Assembly: GCA_002104905.1 (NCBI GenBank)
Contig: MCFE01000569.1
Coordinates: 1-57,046 of the forward strand
DNA length: 57,046 nt
Source: Basidiobolus meristosporus CBS 931.73
Taxonomy: Eukaryota; Fungi; Basidiobolomycota
Direction of reading: 5' to 3'
Both the position numbers and the translations under genes were made by a program. Within the stretch, counting starts at the first letter, position 1, and the number at the start of each line of letters is the position of its first letter. The notes beneath the pieces were generated by a model, which had not been told where the DNA came from, ran no database searches, and worked only from the letters and a program-made list of their open reading frames with translations. Below are positions 38,402 through 51,262 of the stretch, in pieces.

Positions 38402-39431
38402 GTTGAATAGAAAAATGCTTGAATACAGAAGTCAAAAGACCACCACCTGTAGCCAGAAGGATAAAGCAGATCGAGCTTCAGCGCGAATTTCCACAATCAG
38501 GTATTTTTGTCGGCTTCGCATGATTTTTCCAACCTCAGATCCAGTGTGAACAAGTGATGACACTAGCTCGAAATGCACCATTCGTTTGATATGTCGATTT
38601 CAGTCTTGATCATCAGCTAAGCAGCTGCAGGAGTTTAGTGGAAATTCGAAGTGGGTTACACATAATTTTACCGGATACGGATGCCGGTGTAAGATGATGA
38701 AAACCATTTGATCAGGGGAGCCGTTACTCAGCAACACCGATATTTCTGAGCAGCAATGGTTACCCTTGTGCTGCCGCCCAGGGGCGAAGACGGGTGAGAA
38801 GTTGGAGCTGAATGAGATCTCTGCAGCAATTCCCGGAGACCGAACTCTGGGCGGCATATCGCAGCTGCTCAATCAACCTGTGGTTGTGGCACACAGGCCT
38901 ATTGTTGATGCCCAAGTCGGCACACCAGAAACACCATCCATCTGGAACACAGTGTCAAAGCCGGGCTCACTCCATGAGACAGCGGATTGTGGACTAGCAA
39001 TCAAGACATTGTTCCTGCCCTCCCCTCCAGTGATGTTGGGCCATGCTCATGCGCTGGACCAATTATCCATGGGCTTCCAACTGAGCCACCCGTGGATGCA
39101 TTGAGGTCCAGATCTCCATATTAAGACAAATGGCTTGTTATGCTATACGCAATTGCGAGGGCAATGGGAGCAAATCTTGTGTGACATTCTTGACACCACA
39201 GAATAGGTTTGATTTCAGCAGATTCCTGATTTTTTCAGAGAAATGTATGGCAGCCGTCCAATGAAACGTGTCCCTCTGATCGTGAATGGCAAGCCAAGTC
39301 CCATTTTGGTCATCATGCCCAAAATGTGTTGATAGGGTCAAGAAATTCATGCGGCACATAAAGCCAGACGAGAAGCGGGAAATATCTGTTGACTTCAGCT
39401 ATTCCGCAAATTTGTTTTGAGTCATTCACTG

Positions 39432-41660
39432 ATGGCCTCGAGTAAAGTGTACTCCCTTCCAGTTGGGGAAGAAACAGAGACGTCTGGAATCCCTCATCGT
39501 TACTACAAAACCACCGACGCGCTCTCGAACTTCCCTCTCCCGGATGTCACCACTTTGTACGATGTCTTTCAACATAGTGTTCGTACTTACCAAAACCAAG
39601 AATCTCTGGGCTACCGGAAGGTGACGAAGGTAATCTCAGAGGAAAAGCTAGTCAAGAAAAACGTAGGGGGCGAAATCCAGGAGGAGCTCAAAACCTGGAA
39701 CTATTTCCAACTAAGCCACTACAACTGGTATTCCTATAACGATGTCAATAAGATATCCACCTCCATCGCGGCTGGTCTGCTGCAAATAGGCCTTGGCCCC
39801 AAAACCAAGCTTCTTATCTTCGCAAAAACAAGGTAAAGAGCCCTGCAAAATGCGTCCTTGCTCGTGTCACTCACTCCTCTGCCATTTATTGATAGCGTTG
39901 AATGGATGCTTATGGCCCAAGGTTTTCGCCTCTCCCTTTGAATACCTATTCTGTCAGCAACCTAACCTGTTGTATACTTCTAGCTTGTTATATGCAAGGC
40001 ATCATTGTGGTTACGGCCTACGACACATTGGGTGAGGAGGGTGTATTGCACGCCGCCAATGAGGGCGAAATTCCCGTTATGTTTACAACTGCCGAGCTGT
40101 TAAAAACCGCCTCTAATGTTGCCGCCAAAGCTTCCTCCTTGAAGCACGTGATCTACATGGAGACGGCCACTGCGGAGAATATTGAGAGTTTCAAAGCCGC
40201 CAACTCTGTGGTCGAACTGCATTCTTTTGACCAAATCAAGGAACTTGGCGAGCAGTATCCAGCTGACCATCAGCCTCCGAAATCCGATGACCTAGCATGT
40301 ATCATGTATACATCAGGAACAACCGGCACTCCGAAGGGAGTCATGCTAACCCATTCCAACCTCGTTGCTGGCGGTAAGTATCGTCTCCATCGCATAGTAA
40401 GCGACATGGCGGGTTTCTAATGTCTCTTGCCACTTAGTTGCTGGAACCTCCGTGATGTTTAAGCACATTCTTGGCCCGGGCGATATCATTATCGCCTATC
40501 TTCCACTGGCCCATGTCTTGGAATTCCTGGTTGAGCACGCCATTATGTACTGGGGTGTCGCTGTGGGGTATGGATCCATTAGAACTCTCACTGACGCCTC
40601 TGTACGCAACTGCCTGGGAGATTTGCGCGAGTTGCGCCCTACGATCCTAACAGGTGTGCCTGCTGTCTGGGAGACCATCCGTAAAGGGGTTGTGAGTAAA
40701 GTTCATGAGGCGGGTGGCTTGACCACCACGATATTTGAAACTGCTCTCTCTGTCAAAAAATTCTTGACAGGCTACGGCATCCCCTGTCAATTCATTGACG
40801 ATCTCTTCTTCAAGAAAATCAGAGATCAAACTGGGGGCCGACTTCGTATTGCGCTATCTGGAGGGGCACCCATTGCTCATGAGACTCAGGAATTCCTGAC
40901 TCTGACGGTGTGTCCAATTCTTCAGGGATATGGTATGACCGAGGCAACGGCCATGTGCTGCCTCATGACTCCCGAGTCATTCTCCTACGGAGCCAGCGGG
41001 CCTCCCGTCCCATGCAGTGAGATCAAGCTTGTCGATGTGGAGGATGCTGGATACAGCCACCGTAACAACCCGCCTCAAGGCGAGGTATGGGTCCGCGGCC
41101 CCACCATCATGAAAGGCTATTTCAATAATGAAGAACTCACCAAAGAGGTATTGACTGAAGATGGCTGGCTAAAAACAGGTGATATTGGTGAGTGGAGACC
41201 TGACGGGAGCCTGGCTATTATCGATCGCCGAAAGAACTTGGTTAAGCTTTCGAATGGTGAGTATATTGCCCTTGAAAGGCTGGAGGCTCTTTATAAGACC
41301 TCTCTGTATGTTCAAAACCTGTGCGTTTACGGAGACTCGTTCCAAAGCCACCCGGTTGCACTTATTGTCCCAGTTGAGGATAGACTTCGCAAGCTGGCCC
41401 AGCAAAAAGGAGTACCTGATGTGGCAAATCTCTCCATGAGCGAGCTTTGTGCAAACAAAGAAGTAAAGAAAGGAGTCTTGGAATCATTCAAAGATATCGC
41501 AAAAAGATCTCGTCTTGTCTCAGCTGAAGTCATCCAAAACATACATCTCTGCGAGGAGGAATGGACTTCAGAGAACAACATGCTAACCGCGGCACAAAAG
41601 GTAAAAAGAAGGGATGTTATACAGAAGTATCAGGCCGAGGTGGAGGCTATGTACAAGTAA
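39432..41660 (+). CDS. Long-chain fatty acyl-CoA synthetase (Faa1/ACSL3-like), multi-exon
   Basis: [14 protein letters not shown]; YLPLAHVLE; QGYGMTE; [12 protein letters not shown]; [11 protein letters not shown]. Confidence 0.97.
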
Positions 41661-42165
41661 ATCGATCTCCAGAAAATAGCAATTGCTTTATATTCGCTAG
41701 TGAAATTAATTCTTATTGAAGCTGTAAATTCAGTATTAATAAATCCACCAAGGTACTTGTTATGATAAAGAATACAAAGAAATCCCTCGCCATCCCATTC
41801 TGAACGCTGCCTCCATCCTCTGATGATTTTCTTGTTGCTATACTCACCACTGGCCATGCCTCTACACAACTAACCATATACATCGCCGCTTTGGTTAGTT
41901 CCCCATGGCTCAAGGGTGACTAATTTGATACCATTTAAGCAATCATCGGCTCCACTCGGATTTACAGGATTTTTTTCTACATTCAACAGTATTGGCACCG
42001 AGTCATACGTATCAGTTGATCACACAAAGGAAATGCCGGAAATTCGTAAATAACAATGCTACAGAGTAATCGATGTTTTAGAAAAGATTGAATTCTTTTT
42101 CAACCCAACTTACCAAGTGACCACACTGCACCCTGCTCTCGCTCGACTGCTAGTATCTTCCGAGA

Positions 42166-42940
42166 ATGAGTCTCAACGAGCTGAAAAAATTGGCCAGACA
42201 GAAGCAGGACAACTTCTTCCTCGATGATGAGGATGACATTGATAACATGGACTTCCCTCTCCCTGATGTTCCTTCTGCTGGCCCTTCATCAGATACTGGG
42301 ATTCGTTATATTGACTCAGATGAAGTTTTCAAAAGGTAGCTGTTGCTCATCCTAAACGAATTTTGGCACTTTGGGTGGTAGCTTATCTAACCATGTTCGG
42401 ATCTCAGATGGATCTGTGTATACCCAGCTTACTTAGACAGCGAAAAAACGGTGGAAGAAGGTAGAAGAATCCCAAAGGACAAAGCCTGCAAAGAACCACA
42501 AGTCAGACAGATTGCCGAAGCAGCCAAGGAGCTTGGCTTTCCAGTAGCGATCGAGGTAATTTAATGGGCTCTTTAGGACAATTCCACACAGCAAATAACT
42601 CAGTGATACCAAAGCCCACAAAAAGATATCCCCGCGATGGGCTGACCTTCGGCCGTATCAAGGTTATGCTGAAGAACGAAAATGGCTTTTTCAATAGACC
42701 TGATATTGTTACTCGTAAGGACCATGATTGCTGCGCCGTGATAATACAGACGTTGACCATTTTACTCACCCATGAATCGTAGGGAAACAACTCTTTCTCA
42801 AAATCGCCTCTGTTTTACCTGCCGTGCAGGCTAGAATCCCCGCCGAGCCAAAGCCTACTTTGATGAACACTATGGCCGTTGCTGAGTCGTCTCAGTCCAC
42901 CACCAGTGCCCCCAAGAAAAAGAAGAAGGGGAGAAAATAA
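42166..42940 (+). CDS. SRP19: Signal recognition particle subunit SRP19/Sec65
   Basis: RWICVYPAYLDS...GRRIPK; KRYPRD...GRIKV; C-terminal KKKKKGRK. Confidence 0.95.
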
Positions 42941-43759
42941 ACGAATCGTTGCCACTCATGGTCTACACGCTATCCATGTGTAGCCAACTCGAATATTTTT
43001 GTTTCAAACACAAAGAACCAGATAAATTAAGATGTAGATATTTCATATCTCATTGTTTATAAATCATTTGGACTCGGTTGTGAAGCATTCCCTATATTAT
43101 ATAAAGATGTGAACTTCCTGATAACACGGACTGGCAGAAACATCGATACCCTGGAGATAGAATAGAATCGGCTAGGCTAGAAAGCTGTAGAATTCACGAA
43201 TTACCGTCTTGTGAAGCTTCGGAGGGCTGCGGATTTCTTCCAATCCGTTTCTAGACCAGCCATGACCTATTGAATGTTATGAGATGACTGCCGAATGACA
43301 GTCTGATGTATCGCATCTTGTTGTAGTGCGGTACTATGTCTAGGGACTTGAAGCCACTTCTTTGTGACGTCTACACGTTATGCTGGATCATGTATACTAG
43401 ATGTTTTCCCGACATCATATGCGACCAATGGATATCTGATGGTTTGCACATCTTGCATGTTGATTTCCTGGAACTGTACTTCATTTATCCTGCAAACTCA
43501 AGTGTGCTTATGGGGCTAAATGGTGGGTATTTGTACACGAACGAGAATTCAGCTCCAGGCGCACATGTGACATTCGAGCCAATCTTTCTGGTGGCTGTTC
43601 AGGGCCAGAACAGCTGGCAATTGGGTGATCAGGATCGAACTCAATTTATTCATTGGAACTGATTTTGTAGCCCTTGGGGGCGAGCGAAGCAAAGGTTTGA
43701 TATACGCTCAGAAATTCAAGATATCCCTATGGATCCTTACGAAAGTGGATGATCCTACC

Positions 43760-44134
43760 TCAAGCATAACGAATGCTGTATATTCCATCTCCAAGATAAG
43801 TGGTCTTCCTCGAAGCTTCAGCACCAGTCATGGTGTGCATACACTTGACTGGGGATATCCTGAAGATATATGGGTCACGAGAGAAACGTTCAGTAAGCGT
43901 GCGAGGTAAGAAGGCAGAGAACCCACGATAAACAGTCCCATATCTGAACTTCACGTATCCCCCATAGTCAACAATGGTGTCTTCCAAATACTGTTCATAA
44001 TCATCCGGGGCATCATCCTCGATCTCAATGATGTATTCAGAATACCTAGCATTGCGCGAGAACCTCTTTTGGTCATAGGCTCCAACGACGTGCAATATCA
44101 AGAGCAAACTCAAGAGAATCGCTAGTAGCTTCAT
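43760..44134 (-). CDS. Small secreted protein with a stand-alone peptidase inhibitor I9 (subtilisin propeptide-like) domain
   Basis: Signal peptide MKLLAILLSLLLILHVVGA; YIIEI...GGYVKFRYGTVYRGFSAFL...DPYIFRISP; no S8 catalytic domain follows. Confidence 0.75.
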   Translation of the reverse strand: MKLLAILLSLLLILHVVGAYDQKRFSRNARYSEYIIEIEDDAPDDYEQYLEDTIVDYGGYVKFRYGTVYRGFSAFLPRTLTERFSRDPYIFRISPVKCMHTMTGAEASRKTTYLGDGIYSIRYA

Positions 44135-46919
44135 AGTCTTCAAGTCAACAGCGTGTAGTCTTTGTACCAAGCCAAACCATACTTTATATGCTATCCTCAT
44201 TCGGGGTCACGTGAGGGACCATCAATGATGAACAACCCAGTTGATGTTTTTGGCAACGAAAACTCGTCACCATAAAGATGATTCCGGTACTTCAAGAACA
44301 GAATAGATTCTTAAGATTCATATGAAGCTCGTCATCATCCATTGAAACCTAAAACTTATTGTCTCAAAGGCTGCCTGATTTGCTGTGGATAACCGGATAA
44401 ATCAATGAAATGATTATGCTCAACAGCAGGTCTAGCAAAGTGGTTATCATTGTAGGAAACTGTTGGTACATATTCCGCAGATGATCAATACACTCTGCTT
44501 CCAACAGAGACTGACATGATTTATTATTTCATAACCTGTGGCTGAAGACCATGTGCTATTGGCAGCACCGCCTACAGATGACTTGTACTATCCGGAAACT
44601 AGGAGATGGGAAGATGGGCAAAAGCAGAATACCCTGCAATACATACTGGATTGCCAATCATCAAGAATACGCCATGAATCGATGCCTGGGAACAAAGCAT
44701 CTGCTATAGGCCGGTGGTTGAGCAGCAATTTATCCTAGCCTGTGAGATGCACTATGCGCTAGAATTTTTCGTACCATTCCTTTGTCAAGCGTTGATGAGT
44801 CAGTGAAGCAGGGCCGTTACACTTCTGATCGATGTTCACTCCACTTCATCTCACTTCACACTACTCTGTATTTTTCTTACCATTTGTGGCAAAGGGATTG
44901 ATGGTTGATTGCGATGATGATATTTCTTGTAGCCTCGATCCATATAACGGAGTCTGGGTAGGACTGCCCATCACTGGTGTTGATAGCCTGGCTAGTAATC
45001 TAAACCTCCCCCACTACACCCAAGTAGAAGAACAAAACTTCACTCCTGATCTTTTTAACGTCCAAGCAAAGTTAGAATTCGCATTCCGATGTGCGTCAGG
45101 ACCCCGTAATTGATGACCGCCATATTCACCCACCGGCAGTTCATACAATCATGTGACAGAGCAAGAATGGCATTGACCAACTCCATATTTTCAATCAGTT
45201 GAGAAACGTGACAAAAGCAATGCCCTAGGCGCAATCAATGTATTGTATAGTTGAACAATATTTACACCTTGTTGTAATATATACAGAGATTCTACTAAGG
45301 CCATGAACATACGTTTTGGACTTGAGCTGCCAAAAATCAGCCAGGTCACATGTTGCTGTAGACTCTATGTAATTACCTGTGCCATAGGTCAAGGCTCGTG
45401 TTAATCCCTAACTATACCACTATCAAACAAACAAAACTTACCTGGGTGGAAGTCAGTACTTTCTGAAGGCGTTAGAGTTTCTGGAAAAACCAAGCATGTG
45501 CACATATATCAATGTATATACTAGTGAAAACCAATTCTCTCCGACCCGAGATTCGATTCACAGGTATCTCTTGATCCCTTGCTCTTGATCCGAATGTGAT
45601 TTCGGTTTCATAGAATAGCATGATTCGGAGATTCCATCAAATACATGAAACAGAGAGTCATAGCAGGCGCTCTGCATCTCATGAGGAAAGTTCGATTATG
45701 CCATTCGTGCTCCTGATTAGTATGCTTCATGGCATCTGCCATGTTGAACAAGTTAGCGACAAGCATTGAAGAACACAATGCCGAGAAATCTATCATCTAA
45801 CCGACACGTGATAGGGTCAACAGCCTTCCCAAGGTCTATGGGACTTGAAAGCAGAACTGGTTCTAGATGGCCAAAATACTCGAAGCCCAATCAAAGAGAA
45901 CTAAGCAGTCCTCGAAACGAACAATTAGGCAAGGTGACTTGTATACCTTCCTGCAATGGATACTTCCCTCTTTATACTGTGATCGACATGCTATATTCTA
46001 GAACAACTCAAATGAGCAGCTACAATCAGGATATCTACTACAACCGAAACTTGTTACAATGCTTGTGCCCCATAAGTTATGGGAGTTTAACGTCATGTCA
46101 TAAGATGTGGGAAAGGCCTGATTGCGCGGAGTGAAACGGCTAATTGAAATGATATGTTACTCCTTTTGTTGGAAATTCTTTCCGAGCATGCAGCAGTAAT
46201 TGTTGTTCACCGAGGAGTGCTATATGTGTATGCGTCCCAAAACAGACATCCTATTCCAGTATTGCTTCTATTTGATCATGGGATGCCTTGCTTTCCTATA
46301 TGGTAATGCCATAATCCGCCATTTGCTCATAATTAAAAATCCAACTATAGTCTAACACGCATTAAATTAGTCAATATTTCAAATGCCGAGTATGCTTCTT
46401 GATTGTTAAAGCTAAATAGCAATTAATCTCCACAAATCAGCTAGGGGCACATATTGTAATCAAAATGGTACAGCTGGTTTTTAGCATGCAAATTAGAAAT
46501 CACTCTATTGATGAGAAACGCAAAACATAGCCCCAATGATAGATGTCGGAAGTATGCTGATTGGCTTAGATTGATATAGTTTGATCAAACAACTGAACTA
46601 CCAATATTATATGTAGCTTAACAGTGACTAATCAATTCCAAATCAATACAGTTACTAATATATAATTATTAATTCTCAATTGTATCTAAGTTTGAGATTG
46701 TACTACTGCGGTACATGTTATATAATAGGGGCGATGTGACACTCTACATATAATCGACTTTTTACCTTGACTTCCTTCGTACCTGATCCGGCGTTCGTTT
46801 AAAACCTTTTCATATCCCCTTCGCACATAATTTCGCATTTGTATCAATCCCTTTTAATCATCACTAATCCTTCGTTTCTTTTATTTCCTGGAACCGTCGC
46901 TTCTTCAGTTGCCATTAGA

Positions 46920-48161
46920 ATGAGAGAATCCAATTTTTCCTTCCCTTCACAGAATAGGGCCAGTGTTACTATTACTTCCTCTCTTTACGATCGAAGAGCC
47001 CTTGACTGTACTTCTATCCTTCCCTTAATCAATTCGTTATCGCATTTAATCTACCTTACAAGCACCTCTCCGCGCATAAGGGAAATCATCACGAAAGATG
47101 GTGGTCTTGAACGTCTCATCCGAATTTTAAAAACAACCAAATTGGACGATAAGCGACAAGCGTGGAAATGGTCTATGGCCTTTCAAAGTATAGTGAATGT
47201 TGGTGTCCGCGGAACTGAGACAATCCGTACAAGAGTCATCGACGCTGGAATGGTTACCATCATAATACAAATACTGCGGAGTTTCCAAAAGGCCGTTGAC
47301 CAAGTAAAATCAGAAAAAGAACGTGAAACTCAAGAAATCCCCGCGAGCCAAGAATCTTTCAGCAGCTCAAACAATCAATTATCGTTGTCTCTTGCGTTGA
47401 ATCAAGAATCTGAAGAAAATATTAACTCGAACAATCCTTTCCAAAGAAGTTTACCCTCGCTGCGTCGTACACTTGCAACTCAACAACTACAGAACTCCAT
47501 AAGCAACAGCTCATCCAGCATCCAGCCCGTCTACGGAGGTTCGTCAAACGTAGCGATGGATTTCGAAGCTGTATCAGAAGACTCCCAACCCTCAACTCCA
47601 ACAGCACAACTATTTCAATTATCTACCCAAAACGAATCCGATAATCAAAATAATTTGGAGGCAGATGGTACTCTTCATAGCCCAGCTGAAGAGGTTTTGT
47701 ACCGTGAGGAAGATATCCTTCTCTCACTGCAACTCCTAGCATATGTATCGAAGTATCCACATCTTCGACAACGACTACATTCTGATTTTGAGTGCAACGT
47801 CTTCAGCTTGGTGGAGAGCTTCACAAGTAGAGGACATAGCTCTGATATTCAGTGCTGGGCTTCCATCATAATGCGCAATGCTTGTCGAAAGGATGAGGCA
47901 CGAGGAGGCATAAGGCAGTGTGGAAATATGAGTTGTGGTAAATGGGAGAGATTCCCAAGAGAATTCTCAAAATGCCGTAGATGTCGCAAAGCAAAGTATT
48001 GTTCAAAAGTCTGCCAATCTAAAGCTTGGGCCGATGGTCACCGCCATTGGTGTGTTGAACGACATGCATCTGATTCAAGCAATAACTCCTCGACATCTCA
48101 ATCCCAGCAAAGCCCGTTACCTCTCACTAATTTGTCATTGACCACCACCACTATATCCTGA
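46920..48161 (+). CDS. MUB1: MYND-type zinc-finger protein Mub1/SamB
   Basis: MRESNFSFP...ITSSLYDRRALDCT; CGKWERFPREFSKCRRCRKAKYCSKVCQSKAWADGHRHWC. Confidence 0.95.
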   Translation: MRESNFSFPSQNRASVTITSSLYDRRALDCTSILPLINSLSHLIYLTSTSPRIREIITKDGGLERLIRILKTTKLDDKRQAWKWSMAFQSIVNVGVRGTETIRTRVIDAGMVTIIIQILRSFQKAVDQVKSEKERETQEIPASQESFSSSNNQLSLSLALNQESEENINSNNPFQRSLPSLRRTLATQQLQNSISNSSSSIQPVYGGSSNVAMDFEAVSEDSQPSTPTAQLFQLSTQNESDNQNNLEADGTLHSPAEEVLYREEDILLSLQLLAYVSKYPHLRQRLHSDFECNVFSLVESFTSRGHSSDIQCWASIIMRNACRKDEARGGIRQCGNMSCGKWERFPREFSKCRRCRKAKYCSKVCQSKAWADGHRHWCVERHASDSSNNSSTSQSQQSPLPLTNLSLTTTTIS

Positions 48162-49568
48162 TCTTCATTTCGTCAATATGTTATATCATAATTCTCGCTT
48201 GCCCTTTGTACAACGATACATATGTCATTGCATTATCCTATCTGGCCTTTAAACTAATAGACTGTTTATAATATTACACAAAAATTAACCCGATATTGTT
48301 GCAATTTTTATGGCTATTGTTGGTTACATCGAGAACAACTATCCGAGCACACCTGTGTGCATTGTTCCATATTGGGTCAAAATGGTAATGAAATATTGTA
48401 TGGTGCTCAGTTCTTGTTGATGCTGTTTACCTACATAATGTATATGTATATTATTCGTATCCATCACATAGCCACCATCATCCAAGCCTCGTCCAACGGT
48501 GGGAAGTCACTATTACACGAGATATTCCGCAATATAATGATGATATTTGTAAGATCGCTAGATTTGGTAGTGCATGGGAGCAATCTCGCTCATCGATCTC
48601 TAGACTAACTTATGAAGTACATGAGCGCTAATGCAGAGCCATAAAGGGTCAATATCATTAGATAAGATGGTGTTATACAGATAGGAAATTGGTTACCATA
48701 CGGAGTAACCGTTAGTCAGGGGTTTTGGAATTCCAGTTAACCAATTCGTGTAGTTCATCTGTAGGCCCTCGACACCACGCGGCATTTTAGACTCCGCGCG
48801 AGAGGTCCATCTTCGTAGGTAGATACCAAGGGATATGCATGATGGCTCCCCGATGCTGTGGCAACCTAGCAATGGCACAAAGCTAGTTCAAGACCCGTTC
48901 AAGCATCTCCATATATTTGTGTGATCCGACCCATTTACACGTGTGGGTACTGGATTTTGGCCAAAAGGATCCGAAATATCAGATCTCTCAGTGCCTACGT
49001 GCTCACAAGATTTGTTTAGACTCGGGATGGATGCCGAAGAAGGATCCATAATGCCAATAGAAGAATTGCTCATCTCCGAGGGGAGAGTATTTTTGGAGAG
49101 AGCTCTGGAGCCGTCGGTGATATGAACGGTGCGGTGCTCTCTCGATGGGAATGATGGATAACGATCTGATCCAAGCCAACACTACTAAACCACTGGTTTC
49201 CACGTCCCAGATTCTCGTTCGAATCATCGGTGGGGGGCTTCATATCTTGATTTGCCAGATTTGACACTGTCCTGGGATGTTGAGGTGTATGTTTTGGCCA
49301 TGATCGCATAGCCGCAGAAAGGTCTGAGTCATGCTGCCTTCTGGAGAGATCCTTTAATAATTGGTCGTGTCCAGATCGAGCCACGATCATTCTCTAAATG
49401 CCTCTATTGCTATTTAGATCTGAGCTAAACCCGGTTACAGTTGGTGGGCTCATCCCGATGTGGTACCATGAATACCCAATGTCGAATAATATCGGTATCA
49501 GCTATTCCACAACAAAAAAGGTTCCAACGGGCTGACTTCCAGTTTACAAGTTGCCCTTGGTTCAGAAC

Positions 49569-51262
49569 ATGAATGACTGCTCAACAGCGAAGAAAATTAC
49601 AGCTACTCCATTGCCCACCAAGCAACTAGTCGTCCTCTGTCTGGTTCGACTGGCCGAGCCAATCAACTATACGATATTGTTTCCGTTCATGTACAGGGTT
49701 GGTTATATGAGTCAGAGTATGCTTTACCTTCTGTTAAAGTTGTTTTCGTGTTCCGCCAATTCTAGATGGTGAGGTGGATGAATGTAGGTGAAAATGTAGA
49801 AGATGTTAGTTCTTATGCTGGGCTCATTGCTGCTTCTTTCGCAATCGCTCAATTTATCAGCGGTACTTATGATATGCCTATCCTGGAACTCCCACTTGCT
49901 CATGTATATTAAACCGGGGTTTTAAAGGAATTCCTTGGGGGGCTTTGTCCGATCGTATAGGCCGAAAACCCGTAATACTGATGGGGTTGGTCGGAAGCAC
50001 CATAGGTATATTGCTGTTCGGTTTAAGCCGAAGTTACATAATGGCCATCACAGGTCGCTCCCTAGCCGGGCTGTTGAATGGCAACATAGGTGTCATAAAA
50101 TCCATGCTGGCGGAGATGACCGATGCAACCAATCGTGCGAAAGCTTTTACGCTGCTACCACTTGTCTGGGGGGTAGGCAGTGTGGTGGGCCCCTTGCTAG
50201 GTGGCCTGCTGTCTGAGCCAGCATCACAGTATCCCTCGATATTCGGGGAGAATACGTTTCTAATCCGGTATCCATATTTTCTACCTTGTGCAGTAGGTGC
50301 TTCTATCAGCATGGCTGGGACAATCTTCGGGTTCATGTACTTGGAAGAAACACTCGTCAAGAATGTTGAAAAGATCCCAGATGTACCCCGCACACCGAGC
50401 AGGCGCGACCATAGTGAAGATCCGGAAGCCCAGCCGCTAATCAGTCAAGAGACTCCCAAGTCGTCTAAACTGTCGTTTTACTCGTCACTCTCTAAGCCAA
50501 TTCACGTTGTGGTATTGTCGTACGTGCTGTTTTCACTGCAAAGTGTTATGTGGGACGAGCTCTACAATTTATGGGCCGCGATACCCCCAAGTCAATATGG
50601 TCTGGGGCTGGACCAGCAGAAGATTAGCTTTACCTTAGCAATCGTCGGTCTTCTTACCCCTATTGTGCAATTCCTTATATACCCACCCCTCCAAAGGCGC
50701 TACGGAGATCTGAGGTGTTATATGGTTGTGCTATTCGTTTACATTCCATTTTACTTCTTGCAGCCCTTCATCGCGGATCTCGCACGGTATGCCACCAATT
50801 TCCCTCCTGGCTCGAGCGAATACTCCTGGATTTGGACCGGTGTTTGGGCTGGAATAGGATTTTGTCTAGTAACCAAAGTTATATGCTCGCCAATCTGCTT
50901 TACCGCGACATCAATATTACTTGCTGAGATATGCCCATCAAGTGATACCCTTGGTGCTGTTAATGGGTGAGCAGCTGGAACCGTCAACTTTCATGACCCA
51001 TTTTACTCATTGTAACTGTCATAGATATTCTCAAGCAGCAGTCTCTCTTGTGAGGGCTATTGGGCCAGCATTGGGTGGCTTTTTACTCTCGAAGTCTATC
51101 AAGTCGCCGATGACTTTCCCATTCAATAGTCACTTGGTATGGACCGTCTTGTCGCTGATTGCACTGGTAACCTGGTGTGAGGCACATTGGGTCAAAGCTG
51201 TACTGGCCGAAGCAAGTTCTAAGAGTGCTGATTGTGAAGCGTCGCAAGAGCAATTGGCATAA
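49569..51262 (+). CDS. MFS transporter (DHA1/ZIFL-like), 4 exons
   Basis: TPLPTKQLVVLCLVRLAEP; WGALSDRIGRKPVIL; RSLAGLLNGNIGV; VGPLLGG; RAIGPALGG. Confidence 0.93.

Noticed and set aside
38402-39431. Co-regulated PEX14 / acyl-CoA synthetase divergent promoter
   Set aside because: Head-to-head layout is real, but I saw no FarA-type CCGAGG/CCTCGG site and the ligase has no PTS1; insufficient support.
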